A stretch of 63,984 nucleotides of DNA, the filler included, from Octopus bimaculoides (lineage: Eukaryota): assembly GCF_001194135.2 (NCBI RefSeq). It is 7 parts of 7 records of this genome, joined end to end, with 100 filler letters (N's around TTAATTAATTAA, not from the genome) between each part and the next. Parts side by side here need not be neighbours in the genome. Positions count along the whole stretch, not along the records: positions 11,492 to 27,074 come from NC_068988.1; positions 27,175 to 34,404 come from NC_068998.1; 5 more parts are not named here. The stretch is one strand, 5' to 3'. A model generated the notes under the pieces. That model did not search any database, was not told the origin of the DNA, and saw only the letters and a program-made list of their open reading frames with translations. Each line of letters starts with the position of its first letter. Positions within the stretch are counted from its first letter, which is position 1. Both the position numbers and the translations under genes were made by a program. Of the stretch, positions 12,726-27,189 are shown in pieces.

Positions 12726-13056
12726 GGACCTCAGCTCTTCAATGCCCTGCCAAAACATTTGAGAGACATGCAAGACATGAATGTGGAGGTCTTCAAGACA
12801 AAACTTGACTCTTTCCTCTCCACGATAGCAGACGAACCAATGGCTCGTAATGAGACGCAGTTTAGGGCAGCGATGTCAAATTCTCTTATACACCAGATGT
12901 GCCATCAAAACTCTTGATTGGACCATATCAGGTGGGAGAGAAGAGCCATGCAAGGAACGTGAAGAGAGCAAAGCATAAAGACAGAAAATCACGGTGGTGC
13001 TCCAGCATGACCGCAGCCACTTGGCTGAAACCCATAAATAAATAAATAAATAAATA
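12726..13056 (+). mobile_element. 3' end of a CR1/L2-group LINE (ORF2 C-terminus, 3'UTR, (ATAA)n tail)
   Basis: 12726-12917 translates as GPQLFNALPKHLRDMQDMNVEVFKTKLDSFLSTIADEP...*, a typical CR1/L2-group RT C-terminus. It is followed by a stem-loop-bearing UTR end and an (ATAA)n tail. The 5' part runs into an N gap. Confidence 0.8.
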
Positions 13057-16000
13057 CATATACAGATATATATATACATATATATATATATACATATTCA
13101 CATATATATACGTATATATATACATATTAACATATATATCTACATCAAGAAATCATACGTCTCCTAATATCACAGTCCCTATTCCTAGGATAATTATGCT
13201 GTAGTCTTTGGTCTCCGTGAGCATCGGGTAGATCGTTTTTGGATTCATTTCTTCCAGCGATATAACATTAATGGATGTTTACTAGAGGGATGTTTACCCT
13301 TTTTGTCCTCCGTAGTAAAAGAAATATCTCTCTGTTAAACATCTATTAATGTTTTATCGCCTGAAGAAATGAATCGATGAAGATTATCTACCAGATATCC
13401 ACGGATACTTTGTAATCATCCCAGAAATATGGGCTGAGGTCTTAAGAGATATGCGACTTACGGAAACGCGCGTTGCACAGCATTACGTGTTTATTAATTC
13501 CATCCAAGGATTATTGTTACCATTACTCTATTTATCCTATATTATATTGGTACAGCCCGATGCAACCTCAAAAACTGGTTCACTACTCAGCATCATTAAA
13601 CCGTGGTCGGCATTATGGAATTGGAGTTATATTTGTATATTCGGAACGTTTCCAGTAAATAAATTTAAAAGATATATGTATCTATATAATTGAGATTTAG
13701 TTGAATTAGGTACTTAAGTTGAAGCACCAAGTCAGTCCGGTATTACATGCACAGTTCGAAGTAAGGTGAATAAAATCAAAATAAGCAACAGAATATCAAG
13801 TAGTGATGCAGTACAACCGTTTCAAGCGGCTCCATTTAATTGAACAATGCAATCTGAATATCAATTCAAAAGTAGTGCCATCTTCAGCTGCACAAATTAA
13901 TAAATAGAATGTTAACAAGTAGGACACAATATAATTTTTCTCAACTATTTTAACAGAGTAAGGAGATGGAACAAATTCATGTTGTCACTATTGTAGTTAA
14001 GAATAGACTACACTTTCAAAGAATCGCATGAAGATTGGTGGGGTCATAGTGTTATAAAGGATTGTAATTCGTCTCTAATTCATTTATCTCTTTAGCAACT
14101 ACTAAATCTAAGACTAGAAGACTGTCTATTTTGAATAACAGACAAGAGTGAGTTGACTGGTCATGGCTAGGTATGGTCATAAATATTATCATAAATATCA
14201 TCATTTATTATCGTAAAACTTGGTCTCCGTTTATACATTCTAGAAGGGAAGACGTGGCAAGAGTTCTTTTAAGATATTTTCGGCCGACGGTTAACGATAG
14301 TTGTGTGAAATTGAAATAATCTTTATTGCAATGAGATGATGGTTTGTAAAGATATCAAATTGGAAATCATAATACATTTTAATTAATGTCATTTTAATAA
14401 ACGTTACTTTCAGAAAATACAATTGTAACATGACTAAAAATATTTGAATGAATATAAAATTAAACATATTGGACAACCCTCAAAATATTCCTACATATTG
14501 GAACAGGCAATTGTCTGTGCTGGCTGATATTTTAAATTCAGAAATCCATCTTGATGTTCTAACAAGAAATAATGCTTTTATCCTTGTACTGAATGATAAC
14601 ATTTAAAAGATATCCATTTCAGACGTGTCGCAAACGTTTTCGAAACACCTAGCTTTTGGTGAAGAGTCACGAATGATAATCATAAATATAATATCCCAAA
14701 ATTTTATTTCCAAATAAAAATTATCTTGTAAAGGGATTTGAATAAATTGGAAAAAAGCTGAAAGCAAGTTTAAATAGTTTAACTTTCTACGAATGACGTC
14801 AATGCAAATACTATCTTCTGAACTGATAATGCTACATAACAATTGAATCATATAGCTAACTGTGAAGCCAAATACCATCCTATATTATCAGTTACACTGA
14901 CTATCAGGTGTGAAAAACCATTTCCAAAAACACAGAAAAACATTTTTTTTTTATATTTTGTTATAAAGTTATTTTTTAAATGCATACATTTTCTAATATC
15001 TTTTGCGTTTCTCTATATGGATTCTTAGTGATTAGTAGTACTTTGGTGTCTTCTTTCAAGGATAGATTTGTTTGAGAATGAGGGAATACAATAGCATCAG
15101 TAACATTTATTGTACTTCGGCTGCTGTTTAGACATTAATTATAGCAATGACAACTAAGTTAATGATAAGGTGCCAAAGTAAAAACAACATAAAAAGAATA
15201 AAAATCATCAGAAACGTTGCTACATTAGTCGTTCTACTTTGTTTATATTTTCTTAATATTAAATGGATGGAAACAATTTTTTTGTAAAGTTATGTATTAA
15301 TTGCCTAGCGTAAGCTGTAATTTAGCTACAATTTGTGACTACGGATCCCTTAACGTTTAACATTATGTAAACGATACTGTAACGGTAGAAATGAAAGATT
15401 TTTATTTTCTTCAAATCGTCAGTTTGAAACAGAAATATGCTCACTTATGAGAGTTTGTTTCACTCTCACATACACCGTTGATGGCTCAAGAAAGCGAAAA
15501 GACTGTTAAACTGTCATAACAGAAGAAAAGTAAATAGCAAATTTGACATCATTGGAATATGTAAGGTGAAATCTGTTAATTAGGACTAGTGTAAAAGAAC
15601 ATAATACTATGAGAGGTGAGAAACGTTTTGCATCGACCTCGTGGAACTACTGGATGATGAAAAAAAAGAGAAATGTCGTCATAATATTCCTGTAAGTACA
15701 ATATTTTAAATCATTTGAACACACAAGATCAAAAAGAATCTTCGCACACCACAAGCACACCACACACGTAACCAAAACACAGATGCATCTTAACCCACCA
15801 ACACGCTGGAAGTCGAATCAATATGATCATCGTTTATTAATAAACAGCAAGAGGAAGCTGAATTTTTAGTATAGTTGATTATTTACAGCTTTTAATACCA
15901 AAATCTCGGGTCTCTTCTCAGTTAAATGCAATGCAGAATGATAACATATGTATTGCTCACATCTCTTCAAAACACTTATTACATTCATTTATTACATCTA

Positions 16001-16130
16001 TTACATGATTGGAAGATTTGTTCTCTTAGGGAACTAAGAGCATCACTGTTATCTATTTTATGCAATATTTAATGACTAACAAAGCTAGCCTTAGTAAAAC
16101 AAACTGGATTACAAGCCAAGAGATTATTTG

Positions 16131-16430
16131 TATTCTTTTATTTGTTTCAGTCATTTGACTGCGGCCATGCTGGAGCACCGCCTTTAGTCGAACACATCGA
16201 CCCAAGGACTTATTCTTTTGTAAGCCTAATACTTATTCTCTTTTGCCAAACTGCTAAGTTACAGGGACGTAAAAACCCCAACATCGGTTGTCAAGCGATT
16301 GTGGGGGAAAAACATACATACACACGCACGCACATATATATACGACAGGCTTCTTTCCGTTTCCGTCTATCAAACGCACTCAGAAGGCTTTCGTCGGCCA
16401 GAGGTTATAGTAGAAGACATTCGCCCTAAA
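16131..16430 (-). mobile_element. SINE family A, 5'-truncated
   Basis: Reverse complement of the body and tail of 2635-3035; the tRNA head is missing. Confidence 0.85.
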
Positions 16431-16720
16431 TTTCTGAATATTACTTTTAAACTTTTACAGATGATTGAAAATAGGTTAAAATGAAAATAATAATTATTAA
16501 AACTCCTTTACTTCAAGAAATGGAAATACTCAGTGTCCTATAAACAGGACACTGAGACAATGTGATATAGCTTATTTAATGTTCTCATTTAGTGTCCTAT
16601 TTATACGACAGTGTTACTTAATGGGTTAATAAACCACTTTTGTCCCTGAAAGTTTTTGTCTATTTCCTACGGATTGCTTGAAGCTAACTTTCTTCCTACA
16701 CCTCGATCCTTGGATCTTAC

Positions 16721-16772
<52 letters not shown>

Positions 16773-19497
16773 ATGTATGTATGTATATACATACAGAGAG
16801 AAAGAGACGTGGAAGCACGTGACTTAGTAGTTAGTATGTTGCACTCATAATCGTACGATTGCGGTTTCGACTTCTGGATCGCACTGCACGTCGTGTTAGT
16901 GAGGAAATCACTACATATGGTCTTTTGCTGAAGACAAAAGGAAGGACACATGTCTTCACGGAGTCTTCTTTGACACTATTTCCAGGGAATTAAAGATGTA
17001 ACAACTAAGCTGACGACTTGAATCCCTACTTTTTAATTAGTTTAATTAATCTAATAAGTGATTTAACTCATGTTTATGATATTGACCGCGATAGTGTATT
17101 TGAGTTTTGTTCACTTTTGTGTAAAGGCTAGGTATAGCGATAAAAAGTTTAGAAACACCAATATATTCGAACGTTCGAAGCTGATAAAATACACACACAA
17201 CATATGTATGAATGTATATCTGCATATGTAATATATATAATTGATGATATATACTATAATATAAATATACACATACATATGTATAATTGATAACAATACA
17301 ATATAACAAGCACACATACACATACACACACACACACACATATATATACATATACAGATATGAAGCTAGTTCAAAATAAGACGTTGCTCTGTCGGTCAAC
17401 AGTCATACAATTTCACACGATTTGTTTTGTAAAGTTTTGTTTCATCTAAAACCTGTGAAAGGTCAGTAAGTTTTCTTTTACTAATTACTTGGACAATATA
17501 AATAATCAATCTAATTAACGAATTTGTTCGAAATTATGTTTTGACAGATGTGTTTAAATATCATTTATAAATCATTGAAAATCTTTTGATAATTGAAGAA
17601 GTGTAGCACTTTTTAATTAAATCTTTAGTTTTCTATCTTAAAAGCGGCATAAGACGATTAAACATGATATTCGAGTAACTTCTAATATTTTCCTAGTAGT
17701 CACATGAAAACATTTGCACAACAATCATGTTACGAGATCCTGGAATACATTTTCTCACACAACTCGTACACAAGCAGATGATGTCTATTGTTTCTTAAAT
17801 TGACCTGAGGAGGATGATTTTTAATGAGTTATTTGCTAGCATAGGGAAAGAGATCAAAGAAAAGTAAAAACAATTAATTATAAAGTAAATTGTTAGAGGT
17901 GATAACATGATGAAACAACAAACAAATCGATAGAGGGAACTACAGGGGTTGTTTTGCATATCAAAATAGCTACGTTCCTCTCGAGCAGGAATCATTTCGT
18001 ACCAAACCATTCCAGAGATCAAATACAATACAAATAAATCTAAATTGATTTTATATGCAACAGAATTAACAGGAATTACTTTGCAAAAGCAAAAATAAAA
18101 TAGAAGCATATACTCCTATAGTTCCAGGGATTCTGAAAGACCTGCAGTCTCTGGTGATTTTACAGGATGCAGAGCTTCAATAACGATTTCTAAATGTCCA
18201 GAATCAATACAAGACTTTTTTGTAAGAATTCTTTACTGTATGAGTTATAGGGTTTGATCAACAAATAATGCGGCACAGGTATACGTAAGATACAGATTGC
18301 CGAAACAATACATAAAATTATAAGGCAGAGACATCTGGTGCAGATCGATGAAAATTATTCAACAATTATTTAATATATATACACATATTTTGCGTTATCA
18401 TTTAGGTAAAGGGATAATAAGAACCAATTGTTAGAACTCAGTATACTTTTGCTTTAAATTGAACCATCAACTGAATCCAGAACGTAATATCAGTGAGTGA
18501 ATAACAAAAATACGTGAGTGTTTGTGTATCTGTCTGTCGGTCTTTAAATTTGTGTAGATCAATGCTGACAATATGATGTCATAATGTCAATGTTGCATCG
18601 GTATATAACTTATCTCACCTTAGACATATTCGTGGATGCATGCGCACGCGTGTATTTCATGTTAGGTTATTAAATGGTATGTGTTTATTGGCTATGGGTT
18701 AGAAGCTCTCACTTTCTTTTGGATGGTTAATTTCCCCAACAATACACCCACCCCTATTTGAATTGGTTACAACGAAAATGATATAGTGATGAAACATTAT
18801 AATAGTTTTAAGTAACAGCATCAAACATAGCTGTAATCATAATTATCAACACATGCTAATATGCGCCCTTGTACGAATAGAAATTAGCAACCAATAATGA
18901 GATTCTTTCTTCAAAGTGTTGATACATAGTTAATTACTAACAATGAATATAGTTAAGAGTATTTGATCTGAAGATGATGATAAGAATCGAAGTTAATTTC
19001 ATATCGATTTTTCGTAATATTTTAGTTTATAATCTGAATATTTGATCGAAAAAATATTAAATAATGAACAAAGACGAGTGAAATAAGATATGTATCAGAA
19101 AATAATATGCATTGTCTGGAAATATTATGACAACATTGGTACAAGAAACATGAAGACACGTACGTCACCAAATATCTTTTATTGCAAACGATTTTAAACA
19201 AAAACATCCTCAATCTGTAATATATAAATTATCTAATCCACCACCATATTGTCAACGTTCACACTACATGCACACGTAAAGTTTTAAAAGTTACACGGTT
19301 ATAAATATCACACATATTCCATTCTCTTTCTTATAGAATTGTAATCCATTTTTATTGATTTCTTCAAAAGGGAAAAAATAAAAACGGAAAATATGTTCAA
19401 AATATTATTGTTAATTCGTTGCTCCCAGCTTCATGTTACATTTGTTAACAATACAAGTTAACAGATTGAGAAATTTCGTTTCAATATTTCCTTATAT

Positions 19498-19675
19498 TAA
19501 GGTGGAGAGTACGGTCAAAATACTTAGCGACATTTCATCCGTTCTTACATTCAAATTCCGCCAAGGTCGACTTTGCCTTTCATTCTGTCGGGGTCGATAA
19601 GATAAGGATCAGTCGAACACCGAAGACGTTGTAATCGGCATACCCCTCCTTTGTGCCAAAATTTCAAACCAATAT
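19498..19675 (+). mobile_element. SINE family B, degraded
   Basis: Contains GGTCGACTTTGCCTTTCATTCTGTCGGGGTCGATAA, the central domain shared with 29425-29658. Confidence 0.75.
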
Positions 19676-20045
19676 TTCCTTGTATTGTCGCTGCTCTTTA
19701 TGTAAGACGAGATTAGTCTCGAAGAAACTCAAAAGTAGATAACTATTTTATTGTTACGCTGTTCTCAAATAAATCGTTTTCTGTGATTTTCTATTAAAAG
19801 ACAGAAAAATTTGCAAAGATTTTATTTTCAAATCATATTTATTATCGGATGTGAACTGATTGTTAAAATAATTGGATTTCAGATAAATTCTTAAAGCATA
19901 ATTCAGATTAATTTATAAAATATTTCAAATCTCAAATCAAATACGAAATATTTATACTCGTAATTAGACTAATATTAAACTAGTAAACGCCTCGAAAAGT
20001 GGTTCATCGACATATATGTAATAGGTTAGTTCACATAAAATATTA

Positions 20046-20090
<45 letters not shown>

Positions 20091-20263
20091 CGTGCGCGCA
20101 GATATATATATATATATATATATCAATATTACCCTACACCTACTTCACTGAACTACCGACAAAATAAATGAAATGTAAAATTAGCAGAAACAGTTCAATC
20201 GTTAAAATTGAATGAGGTCACAGGTGTTCTTCGAAGGATTGTGTGCGTCTGTCTTATATACAG

Positions 20264-20307
<44 letters not shown>

Positions 20308-23089
20308 GCATGTGTGTATATACATGTATGTGTGTATACTTTATATATATGTGTGTGTGTGTGTGTGTGTATACTTTATGTGTGTGTGTGATACATATAA
20401 GGGTTAAATAACTCTTTTGCAACCAATGTGAAATCGGATCCTTTCTGTTTATTTCCCTCCCTACTTCCTGGAATTAGTTTTCTTTTCATCGTTGACATAG
20501 AGAAAATAGATATTATTTAAGTACTGATACAGACTTACTCAAACCTGCCCACTCATCTGAATACTTTGACTTCCACTGGTTTATCTCCGCAAGTGCCACA
20601 TATTGTGTCAATATATAGGAAATTATATTCATTTTCTCTATTTACGACGTTTATTAATCAATGGTCAATAAGGTTTTAGATTGTGATGATATTACTTGTA
20701 AAATTATTGTTGTTTGTTGTTGTTGTCATCATCATCATTACTATTATTATCTTTGATATTTATTATGCGTGGATTTCAAATACATTGTAGATGTTATTGA
20801 GATACATAGCAGATCTTATCAAATTTACAGCTTTCACTAAAATCTCAATTAATAATGATTAAATCGTTCTTGAACGTTTTAAACATGTCTAATTTGAGAA
20901 GAAATCAATAAATACACCAGATAGATTTCTAGATGAAAAAGTTATCATTTTGGACTAAATTTTCCCCCTCTTCCCTATCATTCAGTAAAATGTGCAGCAT
21001 GTCAATAGATATAACAGCCAATCAGGACTTGAACTTTTATTGCATGCTGCACTTAATAGAAATGATTAAATTTATAATATGAAACTCGCCAAACATTTAA
21101 GAAGATTCACGTTTTAGGTAATGGACTAAGTGCATTCAATCCCGAAGGTCAGAAAGGTAAGTAATAACTATCGAAAAGCAAAACTACTAGTAAAAATTGC
21201 AGAGAAATGATTCAATTATCAAAGAGTAACTTAATAAGTGATTCTATTTTCTCATTAGAATTTCTGGTATCTTGCCCGATAAATAAGTGTTTTGTCAGTC
21301 AGTAGTTTGGCATAAAGATGATCTCGCTTGCAATCATTAACGTTCCTTAATTTTTCCATTTTCAAATGTTTTATTTGTTCCTTTGTTTTTTCCTTCGTTA
21401 ATTGAATGAACGATGGGAGATAAAATGAGATTTTATTTTCGTTTTCTGATTTTCAATATGCAGCGAGTAAATCGCATAATTTCGAACTTGCAAACATTCC
21501 AAGATATTTTTTTCTCTTTTAATACTATCAAGCTATTAGTAGTGAGGGACGTAGTACTACTACTGGAAGGTCATACTGTAGTTTCGTATGTAGGTGGAAG
21601 TCAATTTATATTATTTCATCTGAATATACTATTAGTAAGAGAGGAAGGCTAACATCTCGATACTAAACTTAAAGGTATAGAGATGTGGTGATAAACGTTT
21701 CTGTTAAGTTCGTAATAAAATGTGTAACATCAGGTGAATACTTACTAAAATGCTGAAACCTATGGATCATCTCTAATAATATAATATAATCACATTTAAA
21801 TTATCTCTGGAATTAAAATCTTATAAGTATACCATTTTGGTGCCATTTGATTGTGTTACAAACAATATTGCGGATAGAAGTTACCTAGTTTTCAGTGCAG
21901 CTCGCTGTAGTTGCAAAGAGTTCAAAAGGTACAATCCACGGATCGAAGAACTAGAATAGGCCTCGCTCAGGTAGGTAACCTCGCTAGCAATAAATGAGTT
22001 TTTAGTGTGAATGGAACGAGAGAACAGTTAAAGCTGCACAGCTAAGGTGGTCGGCTAACGGTAAGATCTTGAAATATTCCTCTCCAAGTCGTTGACCTGA
22101 GAAATTGTTTTCGATCGAAATGCCAGTAGTTACCTTTGTATATGACTTTTTCCTTGCCGTGCTGAAAAGGTAAATCTTCATCAGCCGATACAAAGCTCCC
22201 ATTGGGAGAGATACAGACAAGGACAGTGTATATTTCGTTCCTTTTGACTGATAGGGAACATAAAAGTGAAATGACCTTCTCCTATAATGTAAGGCGTCCA
22301 GAACATCATTTTGCAGAAATCCACAGGGATGCAGAGGTGTCAATCTTTGCTGGTCATTTGTGGGGGAAAAAGTAAAGTCACTAACTTTTGTGGAAGAAAG
22401 TCAGGAAAACAGGGGCCAATACTATAAGTTAAAACATCTGAAAGAATCCACAAAAATGTTGGACTCTACTAATCTTCTCAATGGAATGGGTGTTAATAGT
22501 TCCTAATTTGTAGTAGTTAACTATTTGTCATATAGGACAATGGCTGAGTGAATATAAGTAATGATTAAATGTTAAGGGTTGTAGTTTATCTGAAGGATAG
22601 GAGGGAAATCCGTACGAAAGTGAATCTATATATATTCTGCGTGTAGAAGAAAAATCAAACGGGATCACAAGAGGGACAATAATTACAAAAAAATATATCC
22701 CAAGTACGAACAACGGGGACTGAATAAAGAGTTTGTCTACAGACACGAAAAGCAAGTGAAAAGGCTAGAAGAGTAAAACAGCCGAAACGTTCTGACTATA
22801 ACAACCAAATTGAAGATATTTCTCCGAATATTATCCCTGTCTAACATATGTGAGTGTTTATGTATGTTAGTAATGTGAAAGACCACACAAAAATAAGAAA
22901 GCGCTGGTTAAATACTCTAATGAAAGAAAGACAAGGAAAAACATGGATTTCACAGGCAACAATGACAATTTTTTTAGGAAGAGGCACAGATTTCAACTTG
23001 ATACACAGAAAAAGCCGTTTGCACTGTAGTGGAGGAAACTTTCCACTTCCCGCCAACGCCCCACGCAGTTATCCAAGATTTCTAGTCAG

Positions 23090-23375
23090 AAAAGTGAGGC
23101 GACCATATTTTGAGTGTCACGAGGTCAACTGGTTTTCACAAATCTTGGCGAGTATAAATAGTCATCTCTTTAACATTTAGGGTTTGTACATGAATATCGC
23201 ACAATCCACACGTCTCTACCACCTCCACCTACTTGCCAGGGCCCTCATCTATCCACTGAAATTGTTTATGATTATTTTCACGAACTGACGGGTGACCTCG
23301 GCCACGCTCAAGCACTTTAAGACTGTAATTTTCAGTTGGTCATTGACAACACACTTTATCCCGAGATCTCCACCT
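23090..23375 (-). mobile_element. Possible heavily decayed CR1/L2-type RT fragment
   Basis: Minus-strand frames give GDLGIKCVVNDQLK...IINNFSG and IWSPHF, resembling the RDLGV..D..L.F and WSPH motifs. Many stops and frameshifts. Confidence 0.3.
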
Positions 23376-23752
23376 CTTTTCCACCCTTAATAATATGAAC
23401 GTTCTGGCAAGAGCAACATCCAAAATCTACCTGGGGTGTATATTAATATTAATAATAATAAAGAGTATGGAAACTTGTATGTCCACAAAATTTATTTTAT
23501 AGTTATATACAACATATTATAGAAACATGCACGTGTTTCCGCTGCACTTTTGCAAATGTAAGCTTGCAATATTGTTGGTACAGCTTCATGAAAGTCCGTC
23601 TATTTGTTCATCCTCAAAGTGAACTGATTAAATTAAATCTTTGCTAGTTAGGGATCTGTGAGAGGTTGGCGTGTTATTTTTAGGTAGTGCTGTTGTTATT
23701 TATAGGCATGTGCTGTTCACCTCGAGGATATACAAGTCTCGATACACTTTAT

Positions 23753-23797
<45 letters not shown>

Positions 23798-23802
<5 letters not shown>

Positions 23803-24203
23803 TTATTTATTTATGGGTTTCAGCTAAGTGGCTGCGGTCATGCTGGAGCACCACCTTTAGTCGAACAAATCGACCCCAGGACTTATTCTTTGTAAGCCTA
23901 GTACTTATTCTATCGGTCTCTTTTGCCGAACCGCTAAGTTACGGGGGACGTAAACACACCAGCATCGGTTGTTAAGTGATGGTGGGGGGACAAATACAGA
24001 CGCACAAACACACATACATATATATACATATACATATATACGACGGGCTTCTTTCATTTTCCGTGTACCAAATCCGCTCACAAAGCTTTGGTCGGCCCGA
24101 GGCTATAGTAGAAGACATTTGCCCAAGGTGCCACGCAGTGGGACTGAACCCAGAACCATGTGGCTGGTAAGCAAGCTACTTACCACACAGCCACTCCTGC
24201 GCC
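23798..24203 (-). mobile_element. SINE family A, full length, with the LINE-type (ATAA)n tail
   Basis: Full head and body homologous to 2635-3035. The last 41 nt before the tail match 12993-13033 at 40/41. Confidence 0.92.
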
Positions 24204-25172
24204 TGTGTATGTCTAACCAATCATATACACATCTTTACATGCACATACTCATACACACTAATACATAAGCATATTCAACCGTTTCAATATTTATATGAAC
24301 AAGCACACACACACATACATATGTATATATNNNNNNNNNNNNNNNNNNNNNNNNNNNNNNNNNNNNNNNNNNNNNNNNNNNNNNNNNNNNNNNNNNNNNN
24401 NNNNNNNNNNNNNNNNNNNNNNNNNNNNNNNNNNNNNNNNNNNNNNNNNNNNNNNNNNNNNNNNNNNNNNNNNNNNNNNNNNNNNNNNNNNNNNNNNNNN
24501 NNNNNNNNNNNNNNNNNNNNNNNNNNNNNNNNNNNNNNNNNNNNNNNNNNNNNNNNNNNNNNNNNNNNNNNNNNNNNNNNNNNNNNNNNNNNNNNNNNNN
24601 NNNNNNNNNNNNNNNNNNNNNNNNNNNNNNNNNNNNNNNNNNNNNNNNNNNNNNNNNNNNNNNNNNNNNNNNNNNNNNNNNNNNNNNNNNNNNNNNNNNN
24701 NNNNNNNNNNNNNNNNNNNNNNNNNNNNNNNNNNNNNNNNNNNNNNNNNNNNNNNNNNNNNNNNNNNNNNNNNNNNNNNNNNNNNNNNNNNNNNNNNNNN
24801 NNNNNNNNNNNNNNNNNNNNNNNNNNNNNNNNNNNNNNNNNNNNNNNNNNNNNNNNNNNNNNNNNNNNNNNNNNNNNNNNNNNNNNNNNNNNNNNNNNNN
24901 NNNNNNNNNNNNNNNNNNNNNNNNNNNNNNNNNNNNNNNNNNNNNNNNNNNNNNNNNNNNNNNNNNNNNNNNNNNNNNNNNNNNNNNNNNNNNNNNNNNN
25001 NNNNNNNNNNNNNNNNNNNNNNNNNNNNNNNNNNNNNNNNNNNNNNNNNNNNNNNNNNNNNNNNNNNNNNNNNNNNNNNNNNNNNNNNNNNNNNNNNNNN
25101 NNNNNNNNNNNNNNNNNNNNNNNNNNNNNNNNNNNNNNNNNNNNNNNNNNNNNNNNNNNNNNNNNNNNNNNN

Positions 25173-25212
<40 letters not shown>

Positions 25213-26670
25213 ACTCACATATGAGTCTATGTACAGCTGGGAATGGTTTTCTGTGCGTGCCTCTGAGTATCTGAGCAACTCTGGCAAGTAAAAATAAAAT
25301 TCAAACCGCCTCCCTGCACGTTTCTCATGTAAAAGCAACAATATAAACCTAAACAAATCTAATTATTTGTCAAAATAATGTAAAATGTTAAAAGAGGGAG
25401 CTCTCTTCTTTTTTTATTTGCAGTTATATTTGTTGCTTTTGTTTCATTTGTTTTATGAAGTTGCTTTATCATGTAAAAAGCTTTTTTGGCTGTGAAATTT
25501 ACCGAGTTATCATCGACTGCGAGCGCGTGCACAAGAAGGGTGGGGTGTGATGTAGTAATTGTACCGAGTGACATGCGAAAGCATCATGCCATTTATAATT
25601 TCTGTACATACTGCTAATTGATTCCGGAATATGCTAATTCTGCATCATTTGAAAACAACGCCTAAACAGATTTGTCTTGGACAAAGCAAGAGTTGAAGCG
25701 GGGTTGGCTCAGTGTTAGGCAGGGCCTCTCTCAATAGTGAAGAATGACGCCCCAGAGAAGCAATCCATTGAGGTACATGATCAAATGTTTTTAAATAATT
25801 ACAGCTTTTTCTTCTACTTCACTAGAATGGGGTGGAATATAGGTTTACTAAATCTTCATAGCCAGGAATATATCGATAAATCAATGAAATCAAAATGAAC
25901 GGTAAAGGATTAAAATGGCAAAAAAATACCTCGGAGACAGTTTCTGAGGAACATTTTTGTTAGAATGAATGATTGGGACTTGTTTGTAGTGATCGAGCTG
26001 AGAACGTCGTTCTCTTAACGTGGGAGTTTAGCATACAGATAACAAGCACTAAAGCATCGGAATTAGGTATGGTAGCAGAAGACAGGACTAACAAATAAAC
26101 CGTTGGAAGATTGTCAAAATGTCGGTATGGCTTTATAGGGATTTCACATAATACGAGAATATTAGATGAATAATATCCACGTCATATAATACATAAATGG
26201 AAATGTTCCTTATTGTGAGGTCGTTTTTCTCTGGCTCTATTTTATGCTATTCAGAAAAAATAATATTTGATAAGTTTTCGCTGCAATAAATAAACTCAGG
26301 AATTTTGAAGATGAATGTTTTATATTTTTAAGACTTTTAAGATTTGAATCATTGATTGAATCGGAATGATTTGAATTTCTATTTTGAAATGGTTTTTCTT
26401 TCTCAAACTAATGAGTCGTTCATGTAATCTTCTTGCAAAAGTTGACAATATATAAACAAATGTTCTTCATTTAGCAAATTTTTTTGTGAAATAAAATTCT
26501 ATGACAAAGAATAATGTCCAATGCATGAAATGAAATAAGAACCATGTACAGAATTTACTTTACTTTTTGACAACTAAAAAACAAATTCTACTTTAATTTC
26601 ATTCCTTGCTGAGTTGCGAGCTTCAATAAATTCCCCAATCAAAGAAAACCACGCACATTGCGATATTTAT

Positions 26671-26856
26671 TGGGCGAAATGCTTAGCGAAACGTTTTGTC
26701 TGTCTTTACGTTCTAAGTACAAATCCCGTAAATGTCGACTTTGCCTTTCATCCTTTGGGGTCGATAAATTAAGTACCAGTTGCGTACTGGAGTCGATCTA
26801 ATCGACGGGCCTCCTCCCCAAAAATTTCGGGCCTTCTGCCTAGAGTACAAAGGATA
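26671..26856 (+). mobile_element. SINE family B
   Basis: GTCGACTTTGCCTTTCATCCTTTGGGGTCGATAAATTAAGTACCAG central domain, which resembles the Meta-type SINE domain (from memory), and tail AAATTTCGGGCCTTCTGCCTAGAGTA. Confidence 0.8.
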
Positions 26857-27007
26857 TGAATTGGGGAACTTCAATTTACTATTCATTTTTTCTGACATTA
26901 AGACGCCAGCAATGAACATGCACTTATGACCATCTTAAGCAATCTGTGAGTCGTCTATAACAATTTTCTTTGTCTCTGGACAGAATCTTCTATCACTGTA
27001 TATTCCT

Positions 27008-27074
<67 letters not shown>

Positions 27075-27189
27075 NNNNNNNNNNNNNNNNNNNNNNNNNN
27101 NNNNNNNNNNNNNNNNNNTTAATTAATTAANNNNNNNNNNNNNNNNNNNNNNNNNNNNNNNNNNNNNNNNNNNNCCTTCCTAACACCAT

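Noticed and set aside
8094-12808. Long ORFs of 150-460 aa in the track
   Set aside because: They consist of N runs and dinucleotide repeats (YIYI, VCVC, ERER). The same holds for those at 24.2-25.4, 30.6-31.7 and 41.1-42.0 kb.
13373-13693. 106-codon open frame IDEDYLPDIHGYFVIIPEIW...
   Set aside because: No recognisable family and no convincing splice sites. Open frames of this size arise by chance; only a homology search could rescue it.
17795-18109. Hydrophobic ORF faintly like a GPCR TM5 segment
   Set aside because: The hydrophobicity is explained by T-rich composition, the frame is closed by nearby stops, and no other helices are found.
22002-22343. 113-aa ORF and an overlapping open frame with a WD40-like SPNGSFVS string
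   Set aside because: The similarity is too short and there is no supporting repeat or exon chain. It is more likely decayed repeat sequence.
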